Source: an uncultured candidate division Zixibacteria bacterium (lineage in GTDB: Bacteria > Zixibacteria > MSB-5A5 > GN15 > FEB-12). From it: a stretch of 64,000 nucleotides of DNA. This document shows positions 21,257-33,456 of the stretch, one piece after another. The translations under genes and the position numbers were made by a program. The stretch is taken from positions 64,001 through 128,000 of the forward strand of contig CAWDXE010000006.1 of the NCBI GenBank assembly GCA_963806185.1, read 5' to 3'. The notes under the pieces are model-generated. The model ran no database searches. It saw nothing but the letters and a program-made list of their open reading frames with translations, and was not told where the DNA came from. Position 1 is the first letter of the stretch. Each line of letters opens with the position of its first letter.

Positions 21257-21484
21257 TGGGGTTTGCCCACAGAATAATACATGGCTTGCGGTGACCCGCA
21301 CGCTGGGCAAAGTGCTAGCGGCATGAGGTCCCCTAGCTGCACCAATTTGCGTGAAGAGAGTGGCATGGATCATGCAGTCCAGTCGTGATGGCTGAAAACC
21401 GTTGGAACTCGCGTACCAATCGTGTCACAAGATTCTGCTTGACTCGTATCAGAATAGTGATGAAATACAGATTAGGAAGTAAGC

Positions 21485-22531
21485 ATGACAACTATACCCC
21501 CTAATCCCAAGATGCTTCAGGATGCGCTCCTGCTTGCTGAGACTATTCTGACGGATATCGAGTTAAGCCAGATTGTTCTCACAAAAATTGCCATGAAAGC
21601 AAGTCGTTTGGCGAGGTTGTTAAGCGACCATCCGTATCAAGAGATCTTTTTTTACGAGGCTTCGGGTTACCCTACAACTCCAACTGGGATTCCACCCGAA
21701 ATATTTGAACTCTGTCGGCTTGCGGGACGCATGGTTGAGGAGGAGGATGCCAAGTCGCATCAGATCACTACAAAAGCATATACCGACTCGATCGAGGCAA
21801 TTGAGATTTCTCTCGACACTCTATCCAAGTCTATTGAATCTGCAGTTGATCCGAACGTTTCGATCACGTCTGCTAACCCTAGTCAGTACGTAATGTCTCC
21901 GACGGGAAATCGATACGAGAGGGGCGCGTTGCGTACTCAGATTGGCCAGACTGCTCGTCGATTATCGAGTCGCCGAGCGTTTATTTATGATTATGTCTCG
22001 ATGAGATACATTGAACTCAAATATTCCCAACTTGCATATGATCTTTTCTCAGCCCTACGGATACGAGTTGATTCGCTACTTACCGAGCTATTGCCGCAAT
22101 CGATAACTAAGCTATCGTCTATCTATGACAATCTCGTTTCACCTAATCCTGAAGATTGGTCCAACGCCGCTCATTCGTGCCGTAAGGTTCTTCAAGATCT
22201 AGCGGATGTTGTGCTCCCGGCCACGACGGAGACGAGGACAATCGATCGAAATGGTAAGAGGCAAACCATCTCTCTCGGACCAGATCAGTACAAAAACCGG
22301 CTAATGGTCTACGTTTCAGACAATTCCGATTCAGAAACATATGAAGGAATTGTTGGATCAACTCTAGAGTTCATAGGTGATCGATTAGACGCCATCCTGA
22401 AGGGTGCCCAGAAGGGTTCACGTGGTACAATCTCGAAAGAGGAAGCCGAAAGGTATGTGGTACACACCTATATGCTGGTGGGTGACATTCTGTTTCTCTT
22501 TCAATCGAAGAGAACCCCGCCATCCTTGTAA
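21485..22531 (+). CDS. AbiTii-domain-like protein (candidate anti-phage)
   Basis: Visibly lower GC; IELSQI.LTKIAMKASRLARLLSD..FYEASGY and S.TSANPSQY resemble AbiTii-family N-termini; C-terminal EDWSNAAHSCRKVL..LAD..NRL helical domain. Confidence 0.6.
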   Translation: MTTIPPNPKMLQDALLLAETILTDIELSQIVLTKIAMKASRLARLLSDHPYQEIFFYEASGYPTTPTGIPPEIFELCRLAGRMVEEEDAKSHQITTKAYTDSIEAIEISLDTLSKSIESAVDPNVSITSANPSQYVMSPTGNRYERGALRTQIGQTARRLSSRRAFIYDYVSMRYIELKYSQLAYDLFSALRIRVDSLLTELLPQSITKLSSIYDNLVSPNPEDWSNAAHSCRKVLQDLADVVLPATTETRTIDRNGKRQTISLGPDQYKNRLMVYVSDNSDSETYEGIVGSTLEFIGDRLDAILKGAQKGSRGTISKEEAERYVVHTYMLVGDILFLFQSKRTPPSL

Positions 22532-22624
22532 TCTAGATTTTTGGAAGATGTTTCTGCACATTGTGCATGATCGCCAGCCAGAATTGCCTTCTGCGGCTTT
22601 GATGCTATTATTTTCCCCCAGTGC

Positions 22625-22650
22625 TGGATTCCCGCCTTCGCGGGAATGAC
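22625..22650. repeat. TGGATTCCCGCCTTCGCGGGAATGAC palindromic repeat (dRS3-like ATTCCC-N-GGGAAT core)
   Basis: Direct sequence; related copies at 36620-36646, 41055-41081 and 43700-43726. Confidence 0.75.
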
Positions 22651-22689
22651 ATCGTTGGCAGTTCTCAGTAAACTCGACGCCCCATACCA

Positions 22690-22720
22690 AAAACCCCGCC
22701 CGGCGTGAACCGGACGGGGT
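22690..22720 (-). terminator. Intrinsic terminator of the giant secreted-protein gene
   Basis: Minus strand ACCCCGTCCGG-TTCACG-CCGGGCGGGGT followed by a T run, ~20 nt after the stop. Confidence 0.75.
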
Positions 22721-22740
22721 AGGTAATGGTGCTGTGGTGA

Positions 22741-25700
22741 CTACTTGAGGAGCACCATCTTCTTGGTGGCGCTATACGCACCAGCCGTCAAACGATAGAA
22801 GTAGATACCCGAAGCATATCTACCGGCATCCCACACCACTTGGTAATATCCGGGCTGGTCCTCACCCTCAAACGCGTTCACCGTCTGACCCAGGATATTG
22901 TATATCTCCAGCCGCCACTTGCCCGCTTCGGGCAGTGCGAAATCTATCTTCGTCTGAGGATTGAACGGGTTCGGATAGTTCTGCGACAAGCTGTACGCCG
23001 TCGGCAGATTCGACAGCTTCGTCGCCACCACCAGACCGTCCGCCGAACCGATGTCGACGCTCTTCACCGCTGCCGTGTCCGCTCAGCGTCAGCAGCTCGC
23101 CGGTTTCAATCGCACCCTTGCCGGTGGAACTGAACACCAGGATGCGCGTCACCTTGCCGTCGAAGCTGTATTGCAGCTCCATGTCCTTCGCCGCGGAGCC
23201 AAGGACCGGCTTAACGTCACCCTCGACCACCACCTGCACGCCGCCTATTCGCGTGTTGCAGTCGCTGATGCGCAAGGCATCGCCGGAGACCGCCACGGTC
23301 GCCTCGTAGCCGGCGTTGGGATTGAGTTTCTCGTACGGCGAGGCATCGCCCACCACCACGCGGATCAGGTACACCAGGTCTCCGACCGTCAGCGGTATGC
23401 CGTCCGCATTCACGTCCGAAGCCGCTATTGCGCCCTTCAATCCGAACGTTGGCGGGATACACGTCGGGCAATCCTGCGGGAAAGCGCTCAGCCCCTTGAT
23501 GAAATACTGAGTGAACATGACCACGTCGGCGATTTCGTACGCCAGATCATTCAGGTTGATATCACCGCGCGCGTCGATGGAATCAGCGCAGACGATATCG
23601 ATGCCGCCGTTGGTGAAATCGACACACCGCTGCGGCAACCCCTTGCCGCCGGGGATCAGGCAGCTATTCGGCGCGCCGAAGTAACTCGGCATCGGGTACG
23701 AATTGTCGGTGATGTTATGCAGTTCGAGATCGAACACGTTGCGCGAAATCCAGAGCGTATCGCCGCCCTTGCTCGACAAGGCGTTGTCACCACACTCGAG
23801 CCAGAAGAAGCTCACCGGCGCGTACTGGCACTCGAGCGACCGATCATTCGACACCAGGAAGTCTATCGTCGCCATCGTCCCTACCTGACCGTCAAAGAAA
23901 CAGCTCGGATGGTACGCTCCGTTGTTCGTCTCAGCGATACCGGCGATACGCAGCAGCCCGCTCGGACAGCCGTCGCCGCAGTTGCCGTCGGCGCCGTACC
24001 GAAGGTGAAGTACTCCCAGCCGCAACCTTCAAAGAGCGAACCGGGCGTCACCGTGTAGGGGGTCAGAGCCGTCGCGTCATACGCGATCAGGAAACTGAAT
24101 CCGCCGAGCGGCTTGCCCGAACCGTTCAGGAAGATATCGACCAGTGAATGCTGCCCCTGGAATGCGTCGTGAACCTTCTCGATCTGCACGTGTATGCATT
24201 CGTCGATCTGGACTTTGACACAGATCGTATCCTTGTCGATCAAGCCGCATTGATCGGTCGCGGTCAGTTCAAGACAATAGGTTCCGGTCGTGTCGGCGTT
24301 GAAACAGACCTGGCCGTTCGCATACGTTCCGAGCGGCGATACGGTCACGCTACCAACATTGAGGTCCGGATCATTCACCGTGATGTCAAAGCAGACCTCG
24401 CCCACTGCTTCAAGATAGGCCGTGAAGTCGGGCAGAGGTGTAATCACCGGCGCGGCATTGAAGTTGACCGTCACCACCGACGTGTCATAGTCCACCGCTC
24501 CGCAGGCGTCCGTCGCCTTGAGTATAAACTGGTAAACCTTGTCCGATCCGTCGCCGTTGGGCGCCGTCAGGCAGATCTTCCCGGTATTACTGTCATACGT
24601 GCCGAACGGCGAAAGCAATTCGCACGTCGACAGATTGTTGTCCTCGTCGGTACAGCCCGCGGTGATACAGACACTCGCGGTGCCGCAGGCGAAGACCGTC
24701 GTATCGCGACCGGCATTGGCCACCGGCGCGGCATTCAGATTGATCTTCACGAAGAACGAATCAATGCACGACGCGCCGCACGAGTCACTGCACTGCACTT
24801 TCACCTTCACCAGTTGATCGACCGTCGGCGTGAAGACCCAGTTGCCGCCCACCAGCGATCCCGGCCCGGCCAGCAACTCGCAATGTGAGAAATTGCCGTT
24901 CGGATCGGTCGCCCCGACCGGAATGGTGATCTGTGTCGGAGTGCACTGGAATACAACGGTTGTGTCGGCCGGGGGCATCTGGCAGACCGGCGGCGTGTTG
25001 AGCGCGATCGTGATGACTACCGTATCCTGGTCCGCCACACCGCAATGGTCCACTGCCCGGGTGATGAACGTGTAGGTCCCGGACGAACCCGGCGTGAAGC
25101 AAATCTGCCCGCCCGCATATGTGCCCGGGCCACTGATCAACTTGCAGCTATCCAGATTATTGTCGGGATCGGTGCACGACGCCGGCCAGCACACCTGCGT
25201 CGGCGTGCACAGCTTCAGCGACTGATCCGGGCCGGCGTTGGCCACCGGCGGCCGATTCTGCAGTACGTTCACCGTAATCGTATCCGCGTCACCCGCGCCA
25301 CAGGCGTCTGTGGCAAGCACAATTATCTGATGTACGCCCGCGCCGATTGGCGTGAAGCAATACGGGCTGACGGCATTGGTATCCGCCACCGTGCCGTCAA
25401 GCTTCACGAATCGAATCGAAATATTGTTATTGGCGTCAGTGATCGTGAACGGTATGCACACCGGACCGGTCGCACACTGGAACACCGTCGTGTCGGCGCC
25501 AAGTGTCACCACCGGCGCGCTATTGACTGTCACATTGTAGGTCGCCGTGATCGTGTCGGCCTTGCCGCACGAATCAGCCACCGCTGCCGTCACTGTGTAC
25601 GTTCCGGCGGCGCTGATCGTGAAGCACCATTGCCCCGACGCGCTCACGGTTCCGCTGCCCGTCAGTCTCGACCAGGTCAGCCCGTTGCCGTCCGGATCGG

Positions 25701-28700
25701 TCGCCGCGAGTTGGCGACACACCTGTCCACCGGTCGCGCACACGAAGGTATCGACAGGCGTCACCTCGGTCGCCACCGGCGCCCGGTCGATCTGGACATT
25801 CACTTCAAGGTCGCAGGTATCGGCGCCGCAAGCACTGGTCGCGATGACGCGCAATACATAGTGTCCGGTCGTATCGGCCGTGAAGCAGACGTCACCACTA
25901 TTGTACGTACCGATCGGCGACACTGTGACCGTCCCGCCGCCCATCACACCGACCGGGATACATACCTGGCCGGCCGAGCAGAGGAACTTTGACGTCACAC
26001 CCGGGCAACTCAACTGCGGCACGCTGCCGATGGTCACGTTGAACGTCACCTGGCAGGTGTCTGCGCCGCACGAGGTGGTGGCAATTACCGTCGCTGTGTA
26101 GGTTCCCGACACCGCGGCGTCGAAACAAAGCTGGCCGCCACTATAGGTACCAAGCGTCGTCGTCACCGTGGCTGTGCTCGGTGTTATCTCAAGTGTCTGG
26201 CACACCGGCCCCGCCGCGCACAACGATACCGCTATCGGACCGCTCGGGCAGGCTATGTCGGCCCCTTGACCGGTCGTCACAGTTATAACTACGGTATCCT
26301 GATCACTACCACCGCACGAATCGACCACACCGACGATAAACTGGTAGCTGCCCGCGCCGCTCGGCGTGAAGCAAATTTCGTTGGTCGCTGTGTTGATGGA
26401 TCCGAATCCGGAAATCATCGTTTCCGTCAGGCCGCTCGTCCCGTCGGCATCGCTCACATTGTAGTTTAAGCAGATCGGCGACAATGTGCACTGGAACACG
26501 GCGCTGTCGGCCGGCAACGTCACCACCGGTACCGAGTTCAACACCACAGTCACTGTGACCGTGTCGTCAGCCTCAAGACCACAGGCATCTTCCACGTGGA
26601 GGACAAAGACATAACTGCCCGACGCATTCGGCGTGAAGCAAATCTGCGAACCGTTGAATGTACCCGGCCCGCTGAAATCACACACATTCTGATTGTTATC
26701 CGGGTCGGTACAGGCTGCCGGCAGGCATATTTGCGTCGGCGTGCACTGGAAGACATTGGTGTCCGCGGGTAATACCGCTACCGGCGCCTGATTGACCGTC
26801 ACAACCGCATCAATCGTGTCCGCTGCCGTGGCGCCGCAATTATCCGTGATCGTCAGGATGAAATGATACGTCCCGGTCGTATCGGCGTTGAAACAGACCT
26901 GCGAATTGGCCAGGTCGAGCGTCCCGCCGCCCGCCAGCGTGATGACCGGCGTTGGGCTGTCATTGTCCGTCGCCGTGAACTGGAGACAGACCTGCTGCGG
27001 TCCGCACAGGAAGAACGGGTTGTACGATGCAAATTCAATGGTCGGCTTCGAGTTGATGCGGAAATCAACCGTGAAGCTCTCCGTGCAAGTCGCTCCGCAT
27101 GAATCAGTGCACTGAATGCCGACCGTCACGACCTGGCTCTGGGCCGACGGCGTGTAGCACCAATTGCCGCCCGTCAGCATACCCGGCCCCGATGTAATTT
27201 CGCACGACAGCAGGTTGTTATCGGTGGCATACGCCGGCAGGCAGACCTGCGTCGGCGTGCACTGGTAAATGACCGTGTCATTCGGCACGACGCAGACCGG
27301 CGCCGCGTTGAGCGTGATATATATCACTGATGTGTCAACGTCGGTCTTGCCGCAGGCGTCGATGGCTTCGAGAATGAACGTGTAGGTTCCCGACGTCGAC
27401 GGAGTGAAACAGATTTGCGATCCGTCAAACGACCCCGGCCCCGCGATCAGGTTGGTCGCCGTCAGATTGCCATTCACATCCGAACTGCCGGCCACCCAGC
27501 AAATCGCCTGTGGCGCGCAGAGCACAACAGTCGAATCGCGACCGGCGTTGGCCACCGGCGCGCTGTTGTGCGTGTAATAGATCACGACCGTGTCGTAGCT
27601 GATCAGACCGCAGGCGTCGGTCGCCTTCAGCACAAACTCATAATTGAGCGTTCCGGTCGGCGTGAAGCAAATCTGGCCGCCGCTGTATGTACCGGGGCTG
27701 TTCACCAGCTGAACAGTGGTGAGATTGCCGTCGGGATCGGTCGCGCCCGCCGGCCAGCAGATTTGCTGTATTTCACACTGGAATATTGTCTGATCCGGCC
27801 CGGCGTTGACCACCGGCGCCCGATTCAGAGTCACTGTCACTCTAAGCGTGTCAACCGCTGTCGCACCGCACGAATCCAGCGCTTGCGCGACAAGCGTGTA
27901 TACTCCGGCCACCGTCGGCGTGAAGCAAAGCTGACCGGCGTTTAGTGTTCCTGAACCGGAAAGCAGCGTCACCGCCTGCAGGTTTCCGTTGGCGTCACTA
28001 ACCGTGTATGGCAGACAGATCTGCGCCGCGGCACACTGGAAGAGCGATGTGTCATTGGCCAGCGTCAGTACCGGCACGGCGTTGATCGTTACATTATATG
28101 TCACAGTAACGGTATCCGCCGCCCCGCATGAATCAGCTACCTGCGCGACGACACTGTATGCACCCGAGCCGGCCGGCGTGAAGCACCACTGACCGTCCGC
28201 CGCCACTGATCCGGCGCCGGAGATTCGACTCCAGGTCAGCGTTCCGCCATTCACATCCGCAGCGGAGAAACTGTAGCACACCTGAGTCGCCACACACTGG
28301 AAGACATTCACCGGTGTCGTCGGATTCACGGCCACCGGCGCGCTGTTGCGCGTTACCGTCGTCGATACATAGCACGTATCCGCGCTGCAACCCGTTCCTG
28401 CAATAACGCGAATCACATAGGTACCGCTCGTGTCGGCCGTGAAACAGAGTTGACCCGCACTATAACTGCCAATCGGCGAAACAGTCACTGTCGCACTCGC
28501 CGGCGTCACTGTCACCGGCCGGCAGAGCGAGGTCGGCGCGCAGATGAAATAGCTCGCCGCCGGCGGACAGGTCACATCGGCAAATTCGCCGAAGGTCACT
28601 GTCACGTGTACCGTATCGCGGGCCGTCACACCGCAGGAATCGCTCACCTGGGCGATAAAGGAGTAGGTGCCACCGGTGCTTGGTGTGAAGCAAATCTGAT

Positions 28701-31700
28701 TGCCGCTAATCGTACCGCTGCCGGAGATGAGTGTTACCGACTGAATATTGTTATTCGGATCGCTGGTCACGAAGCTCCGGCAAATCTGTGCCGGGGTGCA
28801 GAGATTGACCGTGGTGTCGCCGGCGATAGTGATACTCGGCGCACCGTTTATGACTATGTCATAGGACAACGATACCGTGTCGGCGGCGCCGCACGAATCG
28901 GCCACCTGGGCCACGACACTGTAGGTACCGGTTCCCGTCGGCGTGAAGCACCAGTTACCGCTTGTACTCACCGAACCCGAACCGGACAGCCGCGTCCAGG
29001 TCAAGGTGCCACCGTTGATATCGGTCGCTGTAAACTGCGTGCACACCTCCGTCGGCGTGCACTGGAAGATTGTCGCGGGCAAGCGCGGATTGGCCGCCAC
29101 CGGCGCTGAATTGATGGTTACATGCGCCGTAATGAAGCAGGAGTCGGTGCCGCACGGCGTCGACGCCTTCACCTTCAGAATATAGGTGCCCGACGTATCA
29201 GCCGGGCAGATCACATTGCCGCCCACATACGACCCGATCGGCGTCACCGTATAGGTCGCCACCGGCGCTCCACCCACGGCGATACACAAACTGCCCGGCC
29301 CGCAGATGAATATCGTCTGCTCCGGCGGGCAAACCAGCACCGGCGGCTGGCTCACGGTCACATTAAACGTGATGTCGCAGGTATCCGCGCCGCACTCGGC
29401 CGTCGCGATCACGCGAGCCGTGTATGTGCCCGAGGCCGGTGCATTGAAACAAAGTTGACCGCCGCTGAACGTACCCAGCGTCGTCGTCACCGTCGCATTC
29501 GCCGGTGTGATCGTCAACGCCTGGCAGATCTGGCCGCCGGCGCACTCCGTGATGTTAATCGGTCCGGTCGGACAATCGATCACCGCCACCGGGCCGAAGG
29601 TCACGGTTACGTTGACCGTATCTCTGGCTGACAGACCGCACGAGTCGCTCACTTGAACGATGAATTGATACGACCCGGCGCTGCTCGGAGTGAAACAAAC
29701 CTTGTTGTTGACGGCGTCAAGCGTGCCATACCCCGAAATAAGCGTCTTGGTCAAACCGCTCGAGCCATTAGGATCGGAAACCGTAAAACTCCGGCAAATC
29801 TCGACCGGCGTACACAGATGTACGGTCGTGTCGTTGGCGAGGGTAAGCGACGGTGCACTGTTTACGGTCACATTGTATGTCAGGTTGACCGTATCTTTGG
29901 CGCCGCACGAATCCGCAACTACCGCGCTCACCGCGTAGTTCCCATTACCCGCCGGCGTGAAACACCACTGCCCGCCGGCTGAAACCGTGCCGGTCCCGCT
30001 CAGTTTACTCCAGGTCAGCGTTCCGCCATTGACATCCGCGGCTGTAAAGGTGTAGCAAATCTGGGCCGGCACACACTGGAAGACACTCACCGGCGTCGGC
30101 GGATTCACCGCCACCGGCGCGCTGTTCTTCGTTACCGTTGTCGTGACAAAGCAGGTGTCGGCACTGCATCCGGTCGTTGCAATTACGCGCAGCACATACG
30201 TGCCGCTCGTGTCGGCGGCGAAGCAGACGTTACCGGCACTGTAGGTACCGATCGGCGATATCGTCACCGTGGCACTTGCCGGTGTCACCGTCACCGGACG
30301 GCAGATCGACGTCGGGGCGCAAATGAAGTAGGCCGCGCTCGACGGACACGTGACGTCGGCATACTGCCCCATCGTCACGGTCACGACTACCGTATCAAGA
30401 TCGTACGCGCCGCACGAATCCGTCACTGATGTGACAATCTGGTAGGTCCCGCTCGCACTCGGGGTGAAACACACCGTGTTGGCCGCCGTGTCAATCGCAC
30501 CAAAGCCGGAAACCAGTACCTCGGTCAGCTTGCTTGTCCCATTCGGATCGCTGACTGCATAGCTCCGGCAAATCTGAGTCGGTGCACACAGGAAGATCGT
30601 CGTGTCATTCGCCAGCGTGATCGTCGGTGCGCCGTTCAGGGTGACATTGTAGGTGAGCGTTGTCGTATCCTTGGCGCCGCAGGAATCGGCGACCACCGCC
30701 GTTATTGCATAGGCTCCCGACGACGCCGGCGTGAAGCACCATTGCCCGCCGCTGGTGAGCGTCCCGGTCCCCGTGAGTTTCGTCCAGCTCAACGTGCCGC
30801 CATTGACATCGCTGGCCGCAAAGGTGTAGCACACCTGGGCGGGAGTGCATTGAATGAGATTTACCGGCGTGGTCGGATTGACCGCTACCGGCGCAGAGTT
30901 CAGAGTGACTGTATAGCTGATTGAGGTAGTATCTTTGGCGCCACACGAATCGGACACCACGGCCGTTACCGCATAAGTCCCGGAAATCGTCGGCGTGAAA
31001 CAGAACTGACCGCCCGACGTCACTGTCCCCGACCCGGCCAGCTTTGTCCAACTGAGCGTCCCGCCATTGGGATCGGCCGCCGTGAAGTTGTAGCAGATTT
31101 GCGCCGAGGCACACTGGAAAACCGTCTGGTTCGGCGGATTCACGGCCACGGGAGCTGCATTGAGCCCGATCGTCACCACCACCGTATCCAGATCGACGGC
31201 GTTACACGAGTCGGTCACCTTGATGACAAATGTCGAGGCGCCCGCCGCCCCGGGTGTATAGCAAATCTGATTGCCGGCAAGCGTCCCCGGCCCCGACAGC
31301 AATTGCGTCGACTTTATATTGTTGTCCGGATCGGTGAAACTGACCGGGAAACAAACCTGCCCGAGTGAGCAGAGGAATTTCGTGAAATCGGCCCCGGCGT
31401 TGGCCACCGGCGGGCGATTTATGACCACGGTGACCAGAGTCGTGTCGGCTCCGACATGACCACACTGGTCGGTCGCTGTCACTATCACCGTGTAGACGCC
31501 GGCCGTGTCGGCCGTGAAGCAAACGTCACTACTGGTCGATGACGGCGCCGTGCGCGCACCAAAGCCGTCGATTTCGATTACCCCTGATGTGCACTTGATG
31601 TATACCTGGTTGAACGGCAGACCGTCCGGCAGATCGAACGCAACTCCACCCGTTCCGGATCCGCTCGTACCGCCGGGAACGGTTCCCGTGAACGAATACA

Positions 31701-33063
31701 CCACGGTCCCGCTCAACTTGAACTGCAGGAGAGCTGTGCCGCCGCCGTCGCTGTTGGAGAAAATGACAAAATCACTGTTGGAGCCGTTGCATGTCCTGAT
31801 CGTGCTTGAGAATCCAACCGTCACATAGTTTCCGCTCGAAAAATCAACCGAGCCGTCACCCAATCCGCCATCAGGGCCACCTGCACCCGGCAACGTGAAG
31901 GTCAAATCAGTCGGCACCCCCTTGAGTTGATCGGCCGATTGCGCCGGGCCGACGCCCGACGGGAACGATCCGTAACTGACAATGGAGCTCACGAACACAA
32001 AGTTCGGCAACGTCACCGTAACACCCGAGGAGGCGTTTACCGGTGAAACAAAGTCGCCCGCCACGAATAGTGCCTTGCCCGGCTGGCCGCCGCCCACCTG
32101 CGTGACCGTGCCACCCAACTGGCGCAAATAACTTACCTGATCGTAATTCGATTCATTACCGGCGTACACGCCGAGGTTGCTCACCACCGTGTCGATATCA
32201 CAATTCGGATCGACAATCTGCACGGGCAGACAAATCTGCTGCGGGCCGCACTGCCCGACTGTCCTGTTCGCCGGCATTGTTACGACCGGCGCTGTGCCGT
32301 AGTTCGCCACAACTTTGAATGCCTTGCACTCATTAGTCGATGACAACTCAATTCGCTGGGTCGGATTACACGCCGAGTTTGGCGACTGATACTTGCTGGG
32401 TTTGGGCTCGCCACGGAACTTGATGCGAATGCTGTACTGCCCCGTCGCGACCGGCATGGCAAATGTTACGCACGCATTCCCGTTGGCGTCGGTGGTCGCC
32501 GAGTCCTGGGCAAGCTGGCCGACGTCTGCGCCGCAATTCCCCGTGTTCACGAAAAACAGGACGCGCCGGTTCGCCAATGGCGCCCGGTTGCCGCCCCCGC
32601 AATTCTCCGCCAAATTCGCACAGACTTCCAGCGGTCGCCCCGCGCAGACGGAATCCGGAAGGCCGGTCGTAAAGGCAAGCAACACGTTGCAGTCAGTGAA
32701 GGTCGCTGTAGCCGTCAGTCCGGAACTCAAGCCCAGGGCGTCCACATAGAGAGTCTTGTTGACCGCGTCATCCGGAACGATCCAGATTGCCGAGATGCTC
32801 CCCTCACCGTCTGCCGTCACCGTCCACGGTTCATAAAACTGGGCATTCTCCGGCTCCGGAAGACCTACCTGTAGATGAACCTGCAATTGGACCGATTCGT
32901 TAGCCCAGTATCCGGCGCCTTCGATGTAAACCGTGTCGCCGGGGGCATAATCTAGCGTGTCAGTACTGACAATCGCCGAGAGCGTGGCCGCTTGTGCTGC
33001 TGTGCACAGCAAAACGGCGCCAACTAGGACTGCGAGACCTCGAAACAAATTGTACGTTCCCAT
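22741..33063 (-). CDS. Giant (~3,440 aa reconstructed) secreted protein: ~29 Cys-rich Ig/cadherin-like repeats, cohesin-like domain, dockerin-like domain, T9SS-type C-terminal sorting domain; two apparent frameshifts (~24000, ~23075)
   Basis: ORF 23881-33063 (signal peptide, TDxxDYAPGDTV, NxAPV..C..C..CFTP..D.CG repeats) joins 22868-24025 (RGDINLN..EIADVVMF..SDVNADG) and 22741-23067 (YSLSQNYPNPFNP..ASGIYFYRL..KKMVLLK). Confidence 0.85.
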
Positions 33064-33335
33064 GACGCGAGGACCCTATCTATCGATGAAGTGCAATGTT
33101 TTTGCCGATAGCAAACAGGGTACGCCATAGAAGAGCAGCAGCAGTCTGCCACGCTAAGAGATGGTTGGTGATGCAGTTTGGAAATTGCAACCCGTGAGCA
33201 CTTGACCATGCACTCTTCCTACAGCTACCCAATATCGCCTAAACCCAAAGCCCGGCACCCGGTATCGACTGACTAGGTCGTGTGCCTCACCCGAATACGA
33301 ATTCAGCTAAAACCGGAACCGGCGTGACCAACTAA

Positions 33336-33363
33336 AAGATATGAAACCGCGAGTGTATGTCAA
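33336..33363 (-). promoter_or_regulatory. Putative sigma-70 promoter for the giant gene
   Basis: Minus strand TTGACA-16 nt-TATCTT, ~270 nt upstream of the ATG. Confidence 0.45.
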
Positions 33364-33456
33364 GGGAAAATGACCGCTATAGATGTAGTGATATGGCAAC
33401 AGATGCCCCGGATACGTCGCTTACCGGAACATCTGGGTCCTGTGGAAGAGACCACC

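Noticed and set aside
21053..22690. Integron cassette
   Set aside because: No integron integrase and no recognisable attC core sites.
23060..24025. Programmed frameshifting to make variants with or without the anchor
   Set aside because: No slippery heptamer or long homopolymer at the breaks, and similar breaks affect unrelated genes; assembly error is more likely.
22741..24200. Diversity-generating retroelement TR/VR pair between the two scaffold C-termini
   Set aside because: No reverse transcriptase in the window; differences look like ordinary paralog divergence rather than adenine-specific changes.
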